DNA of 64,000 nt from Tubulanus polymorphus (taxonomy: Eukaryota > Animalia > Nemertea): contig NC_134032.1 of assembly GCF_964204645.1 (NCBI RefSeq), positions 9,040,275 to 9,104,274 on the forward strand, read 5' to 3'. Positions 25,165 through 34,559 of the stretch are shown here, in pieces; position 1 is the first letter of the stretch, and every line of letters starts with the position of its first letter. The notes below the pieces were generated by a model that made no database searches, had not been told where the DNA came from, and saw only the letters and a list, made by a program, of their open reading frames with translations. Position numbers and translations under genes: made by a program.

Positions 25165-28100
25165 TAAGTAGAGTAGATGGTAAACATCTAATGAGTCGTT
25201 CGGGGAGGATATCGGGAATTAACGTGCGGCTGAAACCCACTGCGTCGAGCAGATGGATAAATAGAAACGACACACGTACGGGGCCGGTCGCCGGGGAAAT
25301 AGAATTAATGTCCGTTTCTCTACTGTAAAAAACAACGACGAACTAATGGGTGACCGCGACGAGTGATCAGAATAGGAAATCGAGGGGCGAGGTTAAGGAG
25401 TATCGAGGGGTAGGAATAGTGTGCAGAAAGGAGAGATTTATGCAGGGTGCAGATTTTCCATACACCCCAAGTTACACATACCATAACCAACCTTATTTTC
25501 ATATAGGCCTAGATGTCCCGTTCTAAGTATATTATTGATACCAATGACCCAATGTTTTCATAGAAATTTTTCTCAAACGCTTAGTGGTATGAACAATGTG
25601 TTTGTTACCTGGAAACTTTGAAAAGGAATCCTGAGACCAATTGCTCAAAAGTTAGTTAAAGATTACTGGTGGATAAATACCATAACAATGGAATTTCAAT
25701 TGTCACTATGTCCACTATCAACTGGCTAGCTCTAACCAACTTTTGAGCAACTGGCCCCTGATTGTTAACAAATTAGGACAATTAGGCGTGACCTAGGATT
25801 CAAAATTGGAAGAAAATTTATTGTGCGACCATTTTCTGATTTTCCATACCTTATTCCATAGCCATAGAGAAAAAAAAAACAAAATTTCAGGGCCTTGAAA
25901 AATCTTTTTCTATTTCTACCCAGAATTGGAAAAGAATGAAAAAATCTCAATAACTTAAAGGAAATTGAAATTGAATATCAAAACTTATAAAGCGCCTCAT
26001 TCCAAAAGGCTCTAAGGCGCTTTACAGAATAGGCCTATAAAAGAAGTACAACTTAGATACAAAATACATGCACAGCACAAAATTGTTTGGCCCTACCTAA
26101 ACAGCACTGGGAAACATTTCGCACAGACCTTCAGCTATATTTCCCTGTTCTAGTTTAACCGTTCAAAAACGACGAATTTAAGGAAATAGTTTCCCGCATC
26201 TGTCGGATTCTGGTTCCATAGACAGGGCTTAGACTTAAGACCGGTCTAAGACAAACTTAGTTCTATAGCCAATCTAACAAATTAAGACCAGTCTTAAGGT
26301 TTAAGACCTCTTCTGGTCTTAAGTCTTGGCTATGGAACAGTGGCCCCTGGAGCCAGGATAAAATATCTATTTCTAAATCATATGAAATATCGATTTCAAT
26401 ATCCACACACCGGGACCACATAGGCTAGGCCTTATACTCGATATGATACAAACACTGATATGCGTAACACGTGCGAATGTCAGAAACCCAGTAATCAAAA
26501 TGGATTTTGTAGGGGTTGGATTGATGAACTCCAGGCCCCGGTTTCATAGACTGAGTATCAAAGTTATCCCTAGGGGTAAATCCTCGATCTTGGCAACAAC
26601 CACCGTAGTAACAATGAGAAACCATGGTTATAGGCCTGACGAATTTCAAAATATTCCCAGGGACTATTTTTCTTCCATATCCATGAAACCGGACCCAGAT
26701 GTTTCAAATTTTTTCATATCTATCATCGGCTTTTCTCACATTATTTTCCATTTTTGTTACAATAACATTAAGCTGTTACCTCTGATTACCGATAAGTCTA
26801 ACTCAGATTTTCGGTTTAGTTGTTGCTTCTATGGTCAATGAGGACAACGATTCTAACTCCTGACAAGTACAAACTTGTTTTGTGAAACTGCCCCCTGATC
26901 ACTGAATCAGGATGCATCGAAATAAAATGACTTGAAACTTAAACGGACTGCTTACGACTAAATTCCGGGCAACACATTACACGACGGGGATCAAAATATT
27001 TTTTGACGAACACATTACTTAAATGTTTCACATTCCATCATTTCCCAAAGGTTTTTCAAACATTTCACTTGGTAGTTGGTCTAGATATATCCGTATCCTT
27101 TCATGTATATCCGGAACAGATGTACTTGTGTTATATACACTTCGTCTGTCGTCGTCTATTCACAAATAATGAAATCATAAAGTATGGATTTAGAAAAATG
27201 TGAATTAGTGTTGATTTCTTAATTTTTTTCAATTTCGTCGTTTCGTTTCGTTAGTTTGTGCTGTTGTCCTGGCCTCAGTCCACAGGTGCCAGCACCCACT
27301 ACAAGTTTTCAGAATGGCCACAGTTGAATTGACAGAAATTTACTCCCACTTTAAGGCTGATTTGCACATGGATTAAGATCGTCAGGTGAGGTGTTATAGG
27401 TATCAAACAAGCTACGAATGTTATTGTGCGTTGATTACAACAAAAATTAGACGGATATCTCAAAAGACCAGAAAATGCCAGGCAAATTACTCGTGAGTCA
27501 AATTGACTCACGAAGATTTCATTGAAAAATGACCTTCCCATTCCGAAAATATCAGATCGTGAAACTAAACCACAGACAGGTTACTGACTAGGTCCCAAAG
27601 GTTGCTATCGAAGGAAAACCTGATACTATGTCCGGAGCTGCCACCAGGGGACACTTAGTAAATATTTTTTTGGGTAGCATTTTTCTTGGTAACGGCTCAA
27701 GATGATTTCATGAAACTTTGTTTAGGGCATCATGCAATATGTCGCTTTTGAAGGAAATTGTGATACGGTGTCTTGCGCTGCCACCAAGCAAATTCCTATC
27801 CTTCATGCTTTCTAATTTGGTGACCTGATCCCCTGATCAAACTGGGTGAATTTACCGAGTACAGCGGTACCGAGTAGGGCATAAATTTAGTGTACGAATG
27901 CATTGGGATCAGAAACATTTCACGGAATTTCACCGATGAAACCAGTTTACCGTGGAAGGCAGAGTCTACTTAACCGGGTAATCGTTCTCTGCGCGCTTCT
28001 ATATTTAGGTCATGTGTGATTAAACGAAAAACCATCATCAGAATATCTACAGACTTTCGACTCATACAAGGGATCGTATTATAGTCTATTTGTAGCACAT

Positions 28101-28663
28101 GGACTTGTCACGATTGAGAGTCAATGAATAAAACCAGTATCAATAACCGGCCCCAGTATCCCTGTATAACATTATACAGGGATACTGGGGTTAGTCATTG
28201 ATACTGGTTTTATTCATTTGCTATCAATTGTGACAAGTCCCTGTGATTTGTAGTTGCTGTAAAAATGAAAACCTGTTAATCATGTGTCTATGTTATTTAT
28301 ATACATATAATAGACGCTGGATTGTCAGATTATTGTTTTTGCCGTACCTACAACTCTTACTCAGCTACTAGCTAGCCGACCACCGATACCCATGTACGTA
28401 GTAAAATTGGCGAAAATCGTCCACATTCATTTTAGAAACGAAATCTTCCAAAACTTAACAACCAATAAAAACCCCAACCCTTTAGCCACATAGCACATAG
28501 GTGGCCTACCCACAATTAACAAAATTTAGCACGAAAATATGCATATTAGACGATATTTCACGACGCCGTAACGTGGCGCCCCCTTCCGACTCTGGCAGCC
28601 GAGTAAATCAAAATTCCGAATTTCTGGTGCTTTTCGACACTTACCCTGACTAGCTGATCCCAT
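7293..28663 (-). CDS. TPD52: Tumor protein D52 family protein (TPD52/TPD52L2-like), about 210 aa core isoform
   Basis: Core exons 28663-28645 (MGSASQ-D), 17139-16991, 16400-16252, 13802-13701, 13143-13083 and 7445-7293. All introns are GT-AG and phase-compatible (633 nt). Diagnostic segments: coiled coil EWRDELQKTEDEISTLRHVLSAKVQHAADLKRKLGITPLNEIK, AYVKT..LKTAGEKTSSA, KLGDVRNSNTFKSFEERV, SKVTGSK..NFEDIL. The vertebrate paralogue cannot be assigned. Confidence 0.93.
8458..8764. mobile_element. Harbinger/PIF-like MITE
   Basis: Ends gggcttggttcctcagtt and aactgtggaaccggccc, followed by CAG. Same terminal-repeat family as 22342-22483. Confidence 0.55.
9295..9609. repeat. 78-bp tandem repeat, 4 copies
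   Basis: Unit ttaaaccagcatgactgtataattgttgacatcgcatttttgcaatttttggcacgctgttttgaatttgagatcaaa; period 78 (9300->9378). Confidence 0.95.
10689..10724 (-). CDS. TPD52: Candidate 36-nt TPD52 cassette exon (KSKSIGNLKTKV)
   Basis: Pyrimidine-rich acceptor ending ctcag, GTG|gtgagt donor, phase 0-0, open frame, within the phase-0 last intron. Confidence 0.6.
11344..11367 (-). CDS. TPD52: Candidate 24-nt TPD52 micro-exon (PQRNPQEM)
   Basis: ccccctatcag acceptor, ATG|gtgagt donor, phase 0-0, no stop codon. Confidence 0.4.
12258..12398. mobile_element. Harbinger/PIF-like MITE
   Basis: ggggccgttgcacagt ... actgtgcaacttgggc, preceded by aaaaccag. The internal ttaagtctaagacc/ttaagacc motifs are shared with the other copies. 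Confidence 0.65.
13326..13665. repeat. Degenerate ~32-36 bp minisatellite
   Basis: About 10 variants of cagattatctgagggggtcaagttccaggc. Confidence 0.8.
14352..14636. mobile_element. piggyBac-like MITE (TTAA-flanked)
   Basis: TTAA at both ends; right end gcactgaaagtg-TTAA. The internal tacaccgcagtgcggtgta palindromes are shared with 19670-20012, 32689-32786 and about 36600-36876. Confidence 0.6.
14955..14981 (-). CDS. TPD52: Candidate 27-nt TPD52 micro-exon (LFSSISMIT)
   Basis: catcccag acceptor and AC|gtaagt donor. Phase 2-2 matches the host intron and the frame is open, but the pyrimidine tract is weak. Confidence 0.3.
17826..18085. repeat. 72-bp tandem repeat, about 3.5 copies
   Basis: accatcag anchors at 17845, 17918, 17990 and 18062. 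Confidence 0.85.
18486..18875. repeat. 52-bp tandem repeat (about 7-8 copies), decaying to about 19350
   Basis: Unit atgactctgtggagtcattttaaaccgtgtcctataatcatacaagccacat; period 52 (18755->18807). Each unit carries the mini-palindrome ATGACTC-n4-GAGTCAT. Confidence 0.9.
19670..20012. mobile_element. piggyBac-like MITE containing a Harbinger-like MITE
   Basis: TTAA-CCCTTTCAGTG ... CACTGAAAGGG-TTAA, with an internal ccagttccgcagtt...aactgtggaactg element at about 19700-19790. Confidence 0.7.
20170..20572 (-). CDS. TPD52: Candidate alternative first coding exon of TPD52 (134 aa N-terminal extension)
   Basis: GC/CpG-rich open frame from ATG 20572 to AAA G|gtaggc. Phase 1 matches the acceptor at 17139, exactly like the 19-nt exon 1. 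A second in-frame ATG (MAYTPS) may be the real start. Confidence 0.6.
20775..20975. repeat. ~28-bp minisatellite
   Basis: About 7 copies of gaatccagaatacaaaacactgtggaact. Confidence 0.85.
21293..21900. repeat. 52-bp tandem array (about 11 copies) of a family also dispersed across the window
   Basis: Unit aaagaaatggttgcctcgataaatccccctatgacatcatcaaattaccccg; period 52 (21345->21397). Confidence 0.93.
22342..22870. mobile_element. Cluster of nested/tandem Harbinger-like MITEs (about 130-140 bp each)
   Basis: Copy A (22342-22483) has a perfect 16-bp TIR GGGCCGGTTCCATAGT. Copy B (about 22578-22707) is reversed and copy C (22711-22842) is forward; junctions are CAG. Further copies lie at about 15285-15592, 23040-23192 and 26210-26345. 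Confidence 0.8.
24449..24918. repeat. 48-bp purine-rich tandem repeat (about 10 copies)
   Basis: Unit gggagagaggtagaatggaagggaaacagagaaaggaggtggagtgag. Confidence 0.95.
25081..25162. repeat. (TA)n microsatellite
   Basis: About 41 uninterrupted TA units. Confidence 0.98.
28101..28240. repeat. 140-bp long palindrome/hairpin
   Basis: The central 19-bp arm ccccagtatccctgtataa (28151-28169) and its reverse complement (28172-28190) are perfect and flank a 2-nt loop. The outer arms pair with few mismatches. Confidence 0.9.
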
Positions 28664-29144
28664 GTAAAGTTTTTCACCGCTCGTCTCCATCTTTGACCTG
28701 TTGTCCGCTGATCGAATAATCCGAAATCAGTGGCGAGAAATTCGGAAAAAGACGACAAATCCAAGTTTTAATTTTCACTTCCTGGTTTTCAGCCGGAGGT
28801 GGTGATGTCATCAGTATAGCCTCCAACCCGGAAACGAGATCCATCATTTTGATTTTGAAAAATGTTTCTAAAACTTTTTTAGCACTGCACATTTCTTCCT
28901 CTTAGAAATGGTCGACAAATATTTCTGTATTGAATATAAGGCTCGAAAATGCTTAGATTTGTGAAGTTTTCTATTTTTACGACGAGACTATAAACGAATT
29001 ATCTGACAAAAACATCGAATAATCATTTTTTTGTTAATCTTTTTCCTTTTACACAAGTTAAGTAAATAGAATATTTCGTTATTTAAGTGAATATTCCAGA
29101 TCTTTTGGGAAATTTTGCCGGTTTAGGGCGAGATTAAAAACAAA
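28664..29144. promoter_or_regulatory. Probable bidirectional promoter region, TPD52 (-) / SF3B6 (+)
   Basis: Divergent start codons about 480 bp apart. ETS-like cacttcctgg (about 28776) and ccggaa motifs are present, and a YY1-like aaaatggcg overlaps the SF3B6 ATG. The TSSs are not visible. Confidence 0.6.
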
Positions 29145-31709
29145 ATGGCGTTGAGCAGGAAAACGAACGTAAGTAAAATCGAAATAGAATTTGTCGAAGC
29201 TCCGTTATAACTTGACGATTGGACGTTTTTTCATATCTGTCCGCAAGAAAAATACTTGTTCTATCTTTTGGGATAATTCTTCGTCCGACAATTGAAGATT
29301 TCTGGTGTCATTTTCGTCCTTAATTGGCTCTAGTTTTGTTGTGTAGCCGGCTTAGTCTGCGTTTATTCTGCTTAAAAAGAGTTGAATATTCTGTTAGATC
29401 GGGATATCTATTGGACGATCCATTTTGCTCATATGCTTCTTGACCTTTTGGTTAATTGTGAGGGGAGCTTCTTTAACGGTTCTTAAAAAGCGCACATTTT
29501 CTTTTTAAAAAAATCGAAATAGCAAGGAAGTAGGACTAGGTCAGGACAGACAGGTGTAGTAAAGCAGAGCGGAGCGCCAGAGAGCCATCCTCGCTTGCCA
29601 GGGTTTGATTGCCGCCCGCTGGAGCTCGCACCAATACAAACCCTGACCGCAAACCTTTCATTGGTCTATTACATCGCCCACAATTTTTTGGGCAGACAGG
29701 TTCCCACTCAGCGCCTGCTAGTCTACATCTGGCTAATCTAGGAAATCTTGGGCTATGGTAATAGACCAATGAAGGATTTGCGGCCAGGCAAGCGAGGATG
29801 AACGGAGCCAGAAGAGGGCAATTGCGGCAAATTTTTATCAGCAATTCTGAAAAGGTACCAAAAGTGTGCCAGCGGGATGCCCTTTTCTTCAAGATTTTTT
29901 CCCATATCAGGCATGACTTGCCCGCGGATAGGGGAAATATATGGAGTTATCAAGTTTTCGAAAGATTGGTTGAATAATATTTGATTCGGTAGGTTTTTGA
30001 ATTTTACGGTTAAGTTCGATTTTGTAGGTGCGGTTACCGCCAGAGGTCAACAGGATTCTCTATATACGTAATCTACCGTATAAAATCACAACGGAAGAAA
30101 TGTACGATATTTTCGGCAAATACGGAGCCATTCGACAGATCAGAGTGTAAGTGTGTGCGTACCAGCATCCAGTCGGGCAGTCATCACTCGAATCAAATAT
30201 CTTGACTGTGCAACTTACCAGGGCTGTCTAATTGACATGGTTCCCATAGAACAGGGAAATTGGGAAAACTTGGGAATTTTGAAATAATAATTCCCGGTTT
30301 GGAAATATTTGGGAATTTGAAAAATTTTCCTCAAATCAGGGAAATATTTGGGAAATTCATTACATTTCACATATTGCATATGCCAAGGGTAACTTTCTCC
30401 GCTAAAATGTTGACTGTTGAACGCCGATATGTGTTCATTTGTATTCGGGAAAATTGAAAAATCACTCATGAAATACTTGGGAATTTTGAATTGATATAAC
30501 TGTGGGAACCATGAATTGAAAATGCATCAATTATAAGTCACACATAGATAATTTGGCCCGGGCACAATCGGCATGGATCAGGCTCAAGCTTAATTTGGCC
30601 CATGCCTAATTAGAGATCGCGTTCACCCGATACTAAACAATGCTGAAACAAAGCGAAGTGGGTCATTTCGGTGCTAGTCGCAATTCAAAGGCAATCATTT
30701 GTCTTGTGCTAAAATTGGGCTGGGGCCTGGTCCAACGTTTCTGGTCGGGCAAAAAACGCTAGGGTGAGAGCGGCAATCAAATTAATTGAATTAGATATTC
30801 AATTAATTAAAGGAACCATAGGTTCCCCCTACGACATCATCAGATTTCCCTGTACATCCTTAGACAGATAAAGCCTCCTTATGAGATATCATTCGATAAC
30901 TCCTTTAGATGCTTCCAGTAGAAGTGGTTACGTCCATAATATTCACCCTATGACATCATCAAATAAGTTCTTTAAAAAGAGATGGCTGTCCCCAAAATTT
31001 CACTTTGACATCATCGAATTATCGCCTTAGGGTCACATCCAGAAAAGATGGCTGCCTCAACGGATCCCCTATGACATTGTCACAACCTCTAGAATATTCG
31101 GAATGATACGTTACAAATTTTGAAAATTTCCCCCAGAAAATGGAGATCGGGAATTTTATGAATATGCTTTCTCTTTTCTAGCGGTAACACGCCGGAGACT
31201 AAAGGTACGGCGTTCGTCGTTTACGAAGATATATTCGACGCTAAAAACGCGTGCGATCATCTATCGGGTTTCAACGTTTGTAACCGGTATTTAGTGGTTC
31301 TATACTATCAGTCGAATAAGGTATGAAATAATTGCGCGTGAATTTCAGGGGCAGGGGCTGCAGCTGCTCAAAAATTGTTTAGAGTTACCCAGTCGATAGC
31401 TGACATAATGTCAAATAAAAAGTTCATTGTTACTATGGCATTTATCTGCCGGTTTTCTTTGACCAACCTCTGTGCAACTGGCCCCTGGTGCTTGATAAAC
31501 TTGCGCCTCTCCCAATTTTATCCTGAAGGGAGGGTTCTTAGCTTCTAGTTTCCAAAGTGCTTTTGGCCTGTTCCTTTTGTATAAATCTTTGTCAATAATA
31601 TTTGCTCGTTTTGTCGCAGGCTTTCAAGAAAATCGACACCGAGAAAAAGAAACAAGATCTGGACAGCATGAAAGCAAAGTACGGACTTCAAACTCCGGAT
31701 AAAAAATGA
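29145..31709 (+). CDS. SF3B6: Splicing factor 3B subunit 6 (p14, branch-site RRM protein), 123 aa
   Basis: Exons 29145-29168, 30028-30146, 31182-31320 and 31620-31709 (GT-AG, 372 nt) give [123 protein letters not shown]. This is near-identical to SF3B6 as I recall it. The ORF track missed it. Confidence 0.98.
29586..29800. mobile_element. 215-bp branched inverted-repeat element (MITE-like) in SF3B6 intron 1
   Basis: Terminal IR CATCCTCGCTTGCC, an internal IR pair at 29642-29672/29758-29788, and a side hairpin at 29600-29644. Confidence 0.55.
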
Positions 31710-32432
31710 TCGTGGACTTTATATCATACGTATATGTGCCGGAAGTGGCTTAAAAATACAGAGCAAATTTCCGGACTCAACTGAAACCAAAAGTTCAGAC
31801 TTTTCTGGGATCAAAATTCGGAGGTTTTTGTGTGCCCGTCGCAGCTGCCCTTTTTGATGATATATACAATTATTTTATTTAAAGTGCTGTAAAAAATTGA
31901 TGCCGTCATCGAGATGGCAATTTTTTGTAAATAAACGATACAATTTTGAAGATGTTTTGTTTGTTTTTCGTGACTGGCTGATTTTCTTACAGGCCTTTAA
32001 GGGCTGACAGGAATCCACCAAATACTGACCTACCAGTGTGTGTTTCAAGAATCTAAATCTTTTAATACGAGGAATATTAGGTAAGTAGGGATCTCCGCCC
32101 ACGAATACAGATTTCCAAAAGCCGACCCGGATTGGGCTGTGTAGACACCGAATGCTGACCAGAATTGGGCAATGTGGATCCTCAAGCGCTGACCAGGATG
32201 GGGATGGCCACAGATCCAGCAATCAAAGTAATCGAAAAATTAAATATATTTGTATAAATATTGTGTATTTTTATAGTAAATATTGTATAAATAATGTGTA
32301 TTTTTAAGGTAAATATTGAATTCTGACAAAAAATTGCGAATTGTCTCGTATCGATTATAAGAAAAATAAATCTATATTGCAAAAATCAACTCAATCTGTC
32401 CGTATATAAACAATAAACAAACAATATCTACA

Positions 32433-32895
32433 CAGTGTGTCCCAGAAAAAGGTTCCTCCGAAATAATCAAATATTTTTAAGTTAATCAATATTAATAAAT
32501 AGATTTCACTATGGATTAGTTATGAGTGGGATGTCTTCTTTACATATTAGGAAAGTATAATGGGTCATGTAGACGACACCCGGTTGGGTTTCAAATACTA
32601 ATTATGAAGTGACCTATTCTACTTAAAAACCAAACTTGATAAATGCAATCGAAAACCAACCGGGAGTGGTCTACATGAGTCATTATCCTTAACCCTTTCA
32701 GTGCATCTACACTGCAGTGTGGTGTATTGATGTAATTAGTAATCTAGCAATATAGGGTATTAATTAGTCAGCACTGAAAGGGTTAATATGTAAAGAAGAC
32801 ATCCTACTGATTACTTATCCATAACAAAGATTTATTTATCAACATAGATTAACATAATAACGTACGGATATCTAATCATTTTCTGGGACATGCTG
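32433..32895. mobile_element. Tc1/mariner-like foldback MITE
   Basis: Ends cagtgtgtcccagaaaa and ttttctgggacatgctg-TA, with long internal inverted arms (gatgtcttctttacatatta / taatatgtaaagaagacatc). Confidence 0.7.
32689..32786. mobile_element. 90-bp piggyBac-like MITE nested in the previous element
   Basis: TTAA-CCCTTTCAGTGC ... GCACTGAAAGGG-TTAA: perfect 12-bp TIR and TTAA duplication. Confidence 0.85.
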
Positions 32896-34559
32896 TAATA
32901 AAAGGATGGCATATTTTGAAATCACAAGTTGGCTGTGATCGCTACAGCACGAATCAACAAAATTTTGATCATCAAATTGGCTTTGATTAATCAACTTATT
33001 GTCAAATAATTAAGCACCTTCTGAAACTAAATTGTCTTGGGCTCATGAGATATCCACGCACAATTTTGTACATGCTTCCATCTAAAAGTCATTGATTTAT
33101 TCGACTAGATTATCGCGCAGTGTAAACATAGAATACAAGATCATTGATATACATCTCTATAAGCCACTAAATATATATTAATCCTGAGGACAGCATCTTT
33201 AGATTACAAATGTTCCTTATATAGTTTACTATTCATAAGACTGATGAAATTTGACACATTTCCTGTGGGCAGTCTAGGCTCAGCCTAATAATACTTAAGT
33301 TCTAAAGCGATTCTAATGACTGATGATTATTTTTGGTGGCCCTCGTGAACATTGCAACATTTATATGACCCGGAGGGCACAAATCTTGGCCCAGCGCAAC
33401 TATTGCTGACTTATAATACCCAATTTCCCACGACTTCCAACCCTCCCCATGGATGTTTTCGGAATGTACTTTATGAAAAGCCCCTAAGCACAACCACAAA
33501 ACTTGTATTCTTTGATGTTTTTGAATCAGGGTCCCTACGACTCCTTGATTCCTTCAAAACGGAAAATGCTTTTAAAGGTGCTTGGAACTCCTTTATTTGA
33601 GCAAAATGTTTACCTTTAACTCCCTAAATTTTGAGAACATTAGACTCCGCCTAAATCAGTTCCGTTGGAACCAGAACCTTTTGTCATCCAATTAGGCGCT
33701 TACAGAATTAGAAACCTTGTTTGCTTTAAGAACCACTAGATTACCCGCTTACCGAGATAAGCAGCACTGATTTAGGAGAAGTCTACAGTAATTGGGATAT
33801 ACAAGTGATGCAGACGCTTCGGGATCGTTCATTTATTACGTACGTATAAAATTTGAGATTTTCAACCCCCCTCTTTTGAAATTATTTTAAAAATTTTGAA
33901 ATTAGAACGCCAGGAGATGCGTTCTGGCGCAATACGTGTTATAGGCCTCACTTTCATTACCGGAAGTGTGTATCAATTTTCACGTCTGTCAATTACAATC
34001 CAATGAAAATCTGTCGCTTCAAACTTTCAGTAAGCATTTTCTCAAAGGTTATACACTCACTCACTCCAAGATATGTCAATAACAACAATGTGTATAGACC
34101 ATTTTTTCAAATAGCGATTGGTTCCGTCAAATACACCTCATATATAAACCAGAGCCAAAAACAAATGAAGCGTCAGTCGATTTCGATCGTCGCGTCATCT
34201 TGGTTTAATCGTGTACTGCGGGGTTGTTGCCACTACGTGGCAGCACGGCTTTTTCGAACCCTCTACGGAGCCGTTACGTTTTGATGTTTAGGGTCGAATC
34301 CCGAATTGATTTTATTTTTTTCGCGATGTTTTGTTTTTTGGTTATTTGACTTCTCCCGAAAAACCGGAAATGAAATTGGATTTTTTAAAAATCTGGAATT
34401 CCGGAGAAATCCGGAGAAGTGGCAACTCTGTGTATACATTAAGTGCATTACAGTAAGAAAATGCACTGACCCCTCCCCCTCCCCTAATGCGTACGTAATA
34501 AATGAATGACCCCTTCCCCGAAGTATGAAATTTTTAGAACTCCTTACATCCAGGAATAT

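Noticed and set aside
24225-25273. Several ORFs of 60-200 aa
   Set aside because: Translations of the 48-bp purine repeat and the (TA)n tract.
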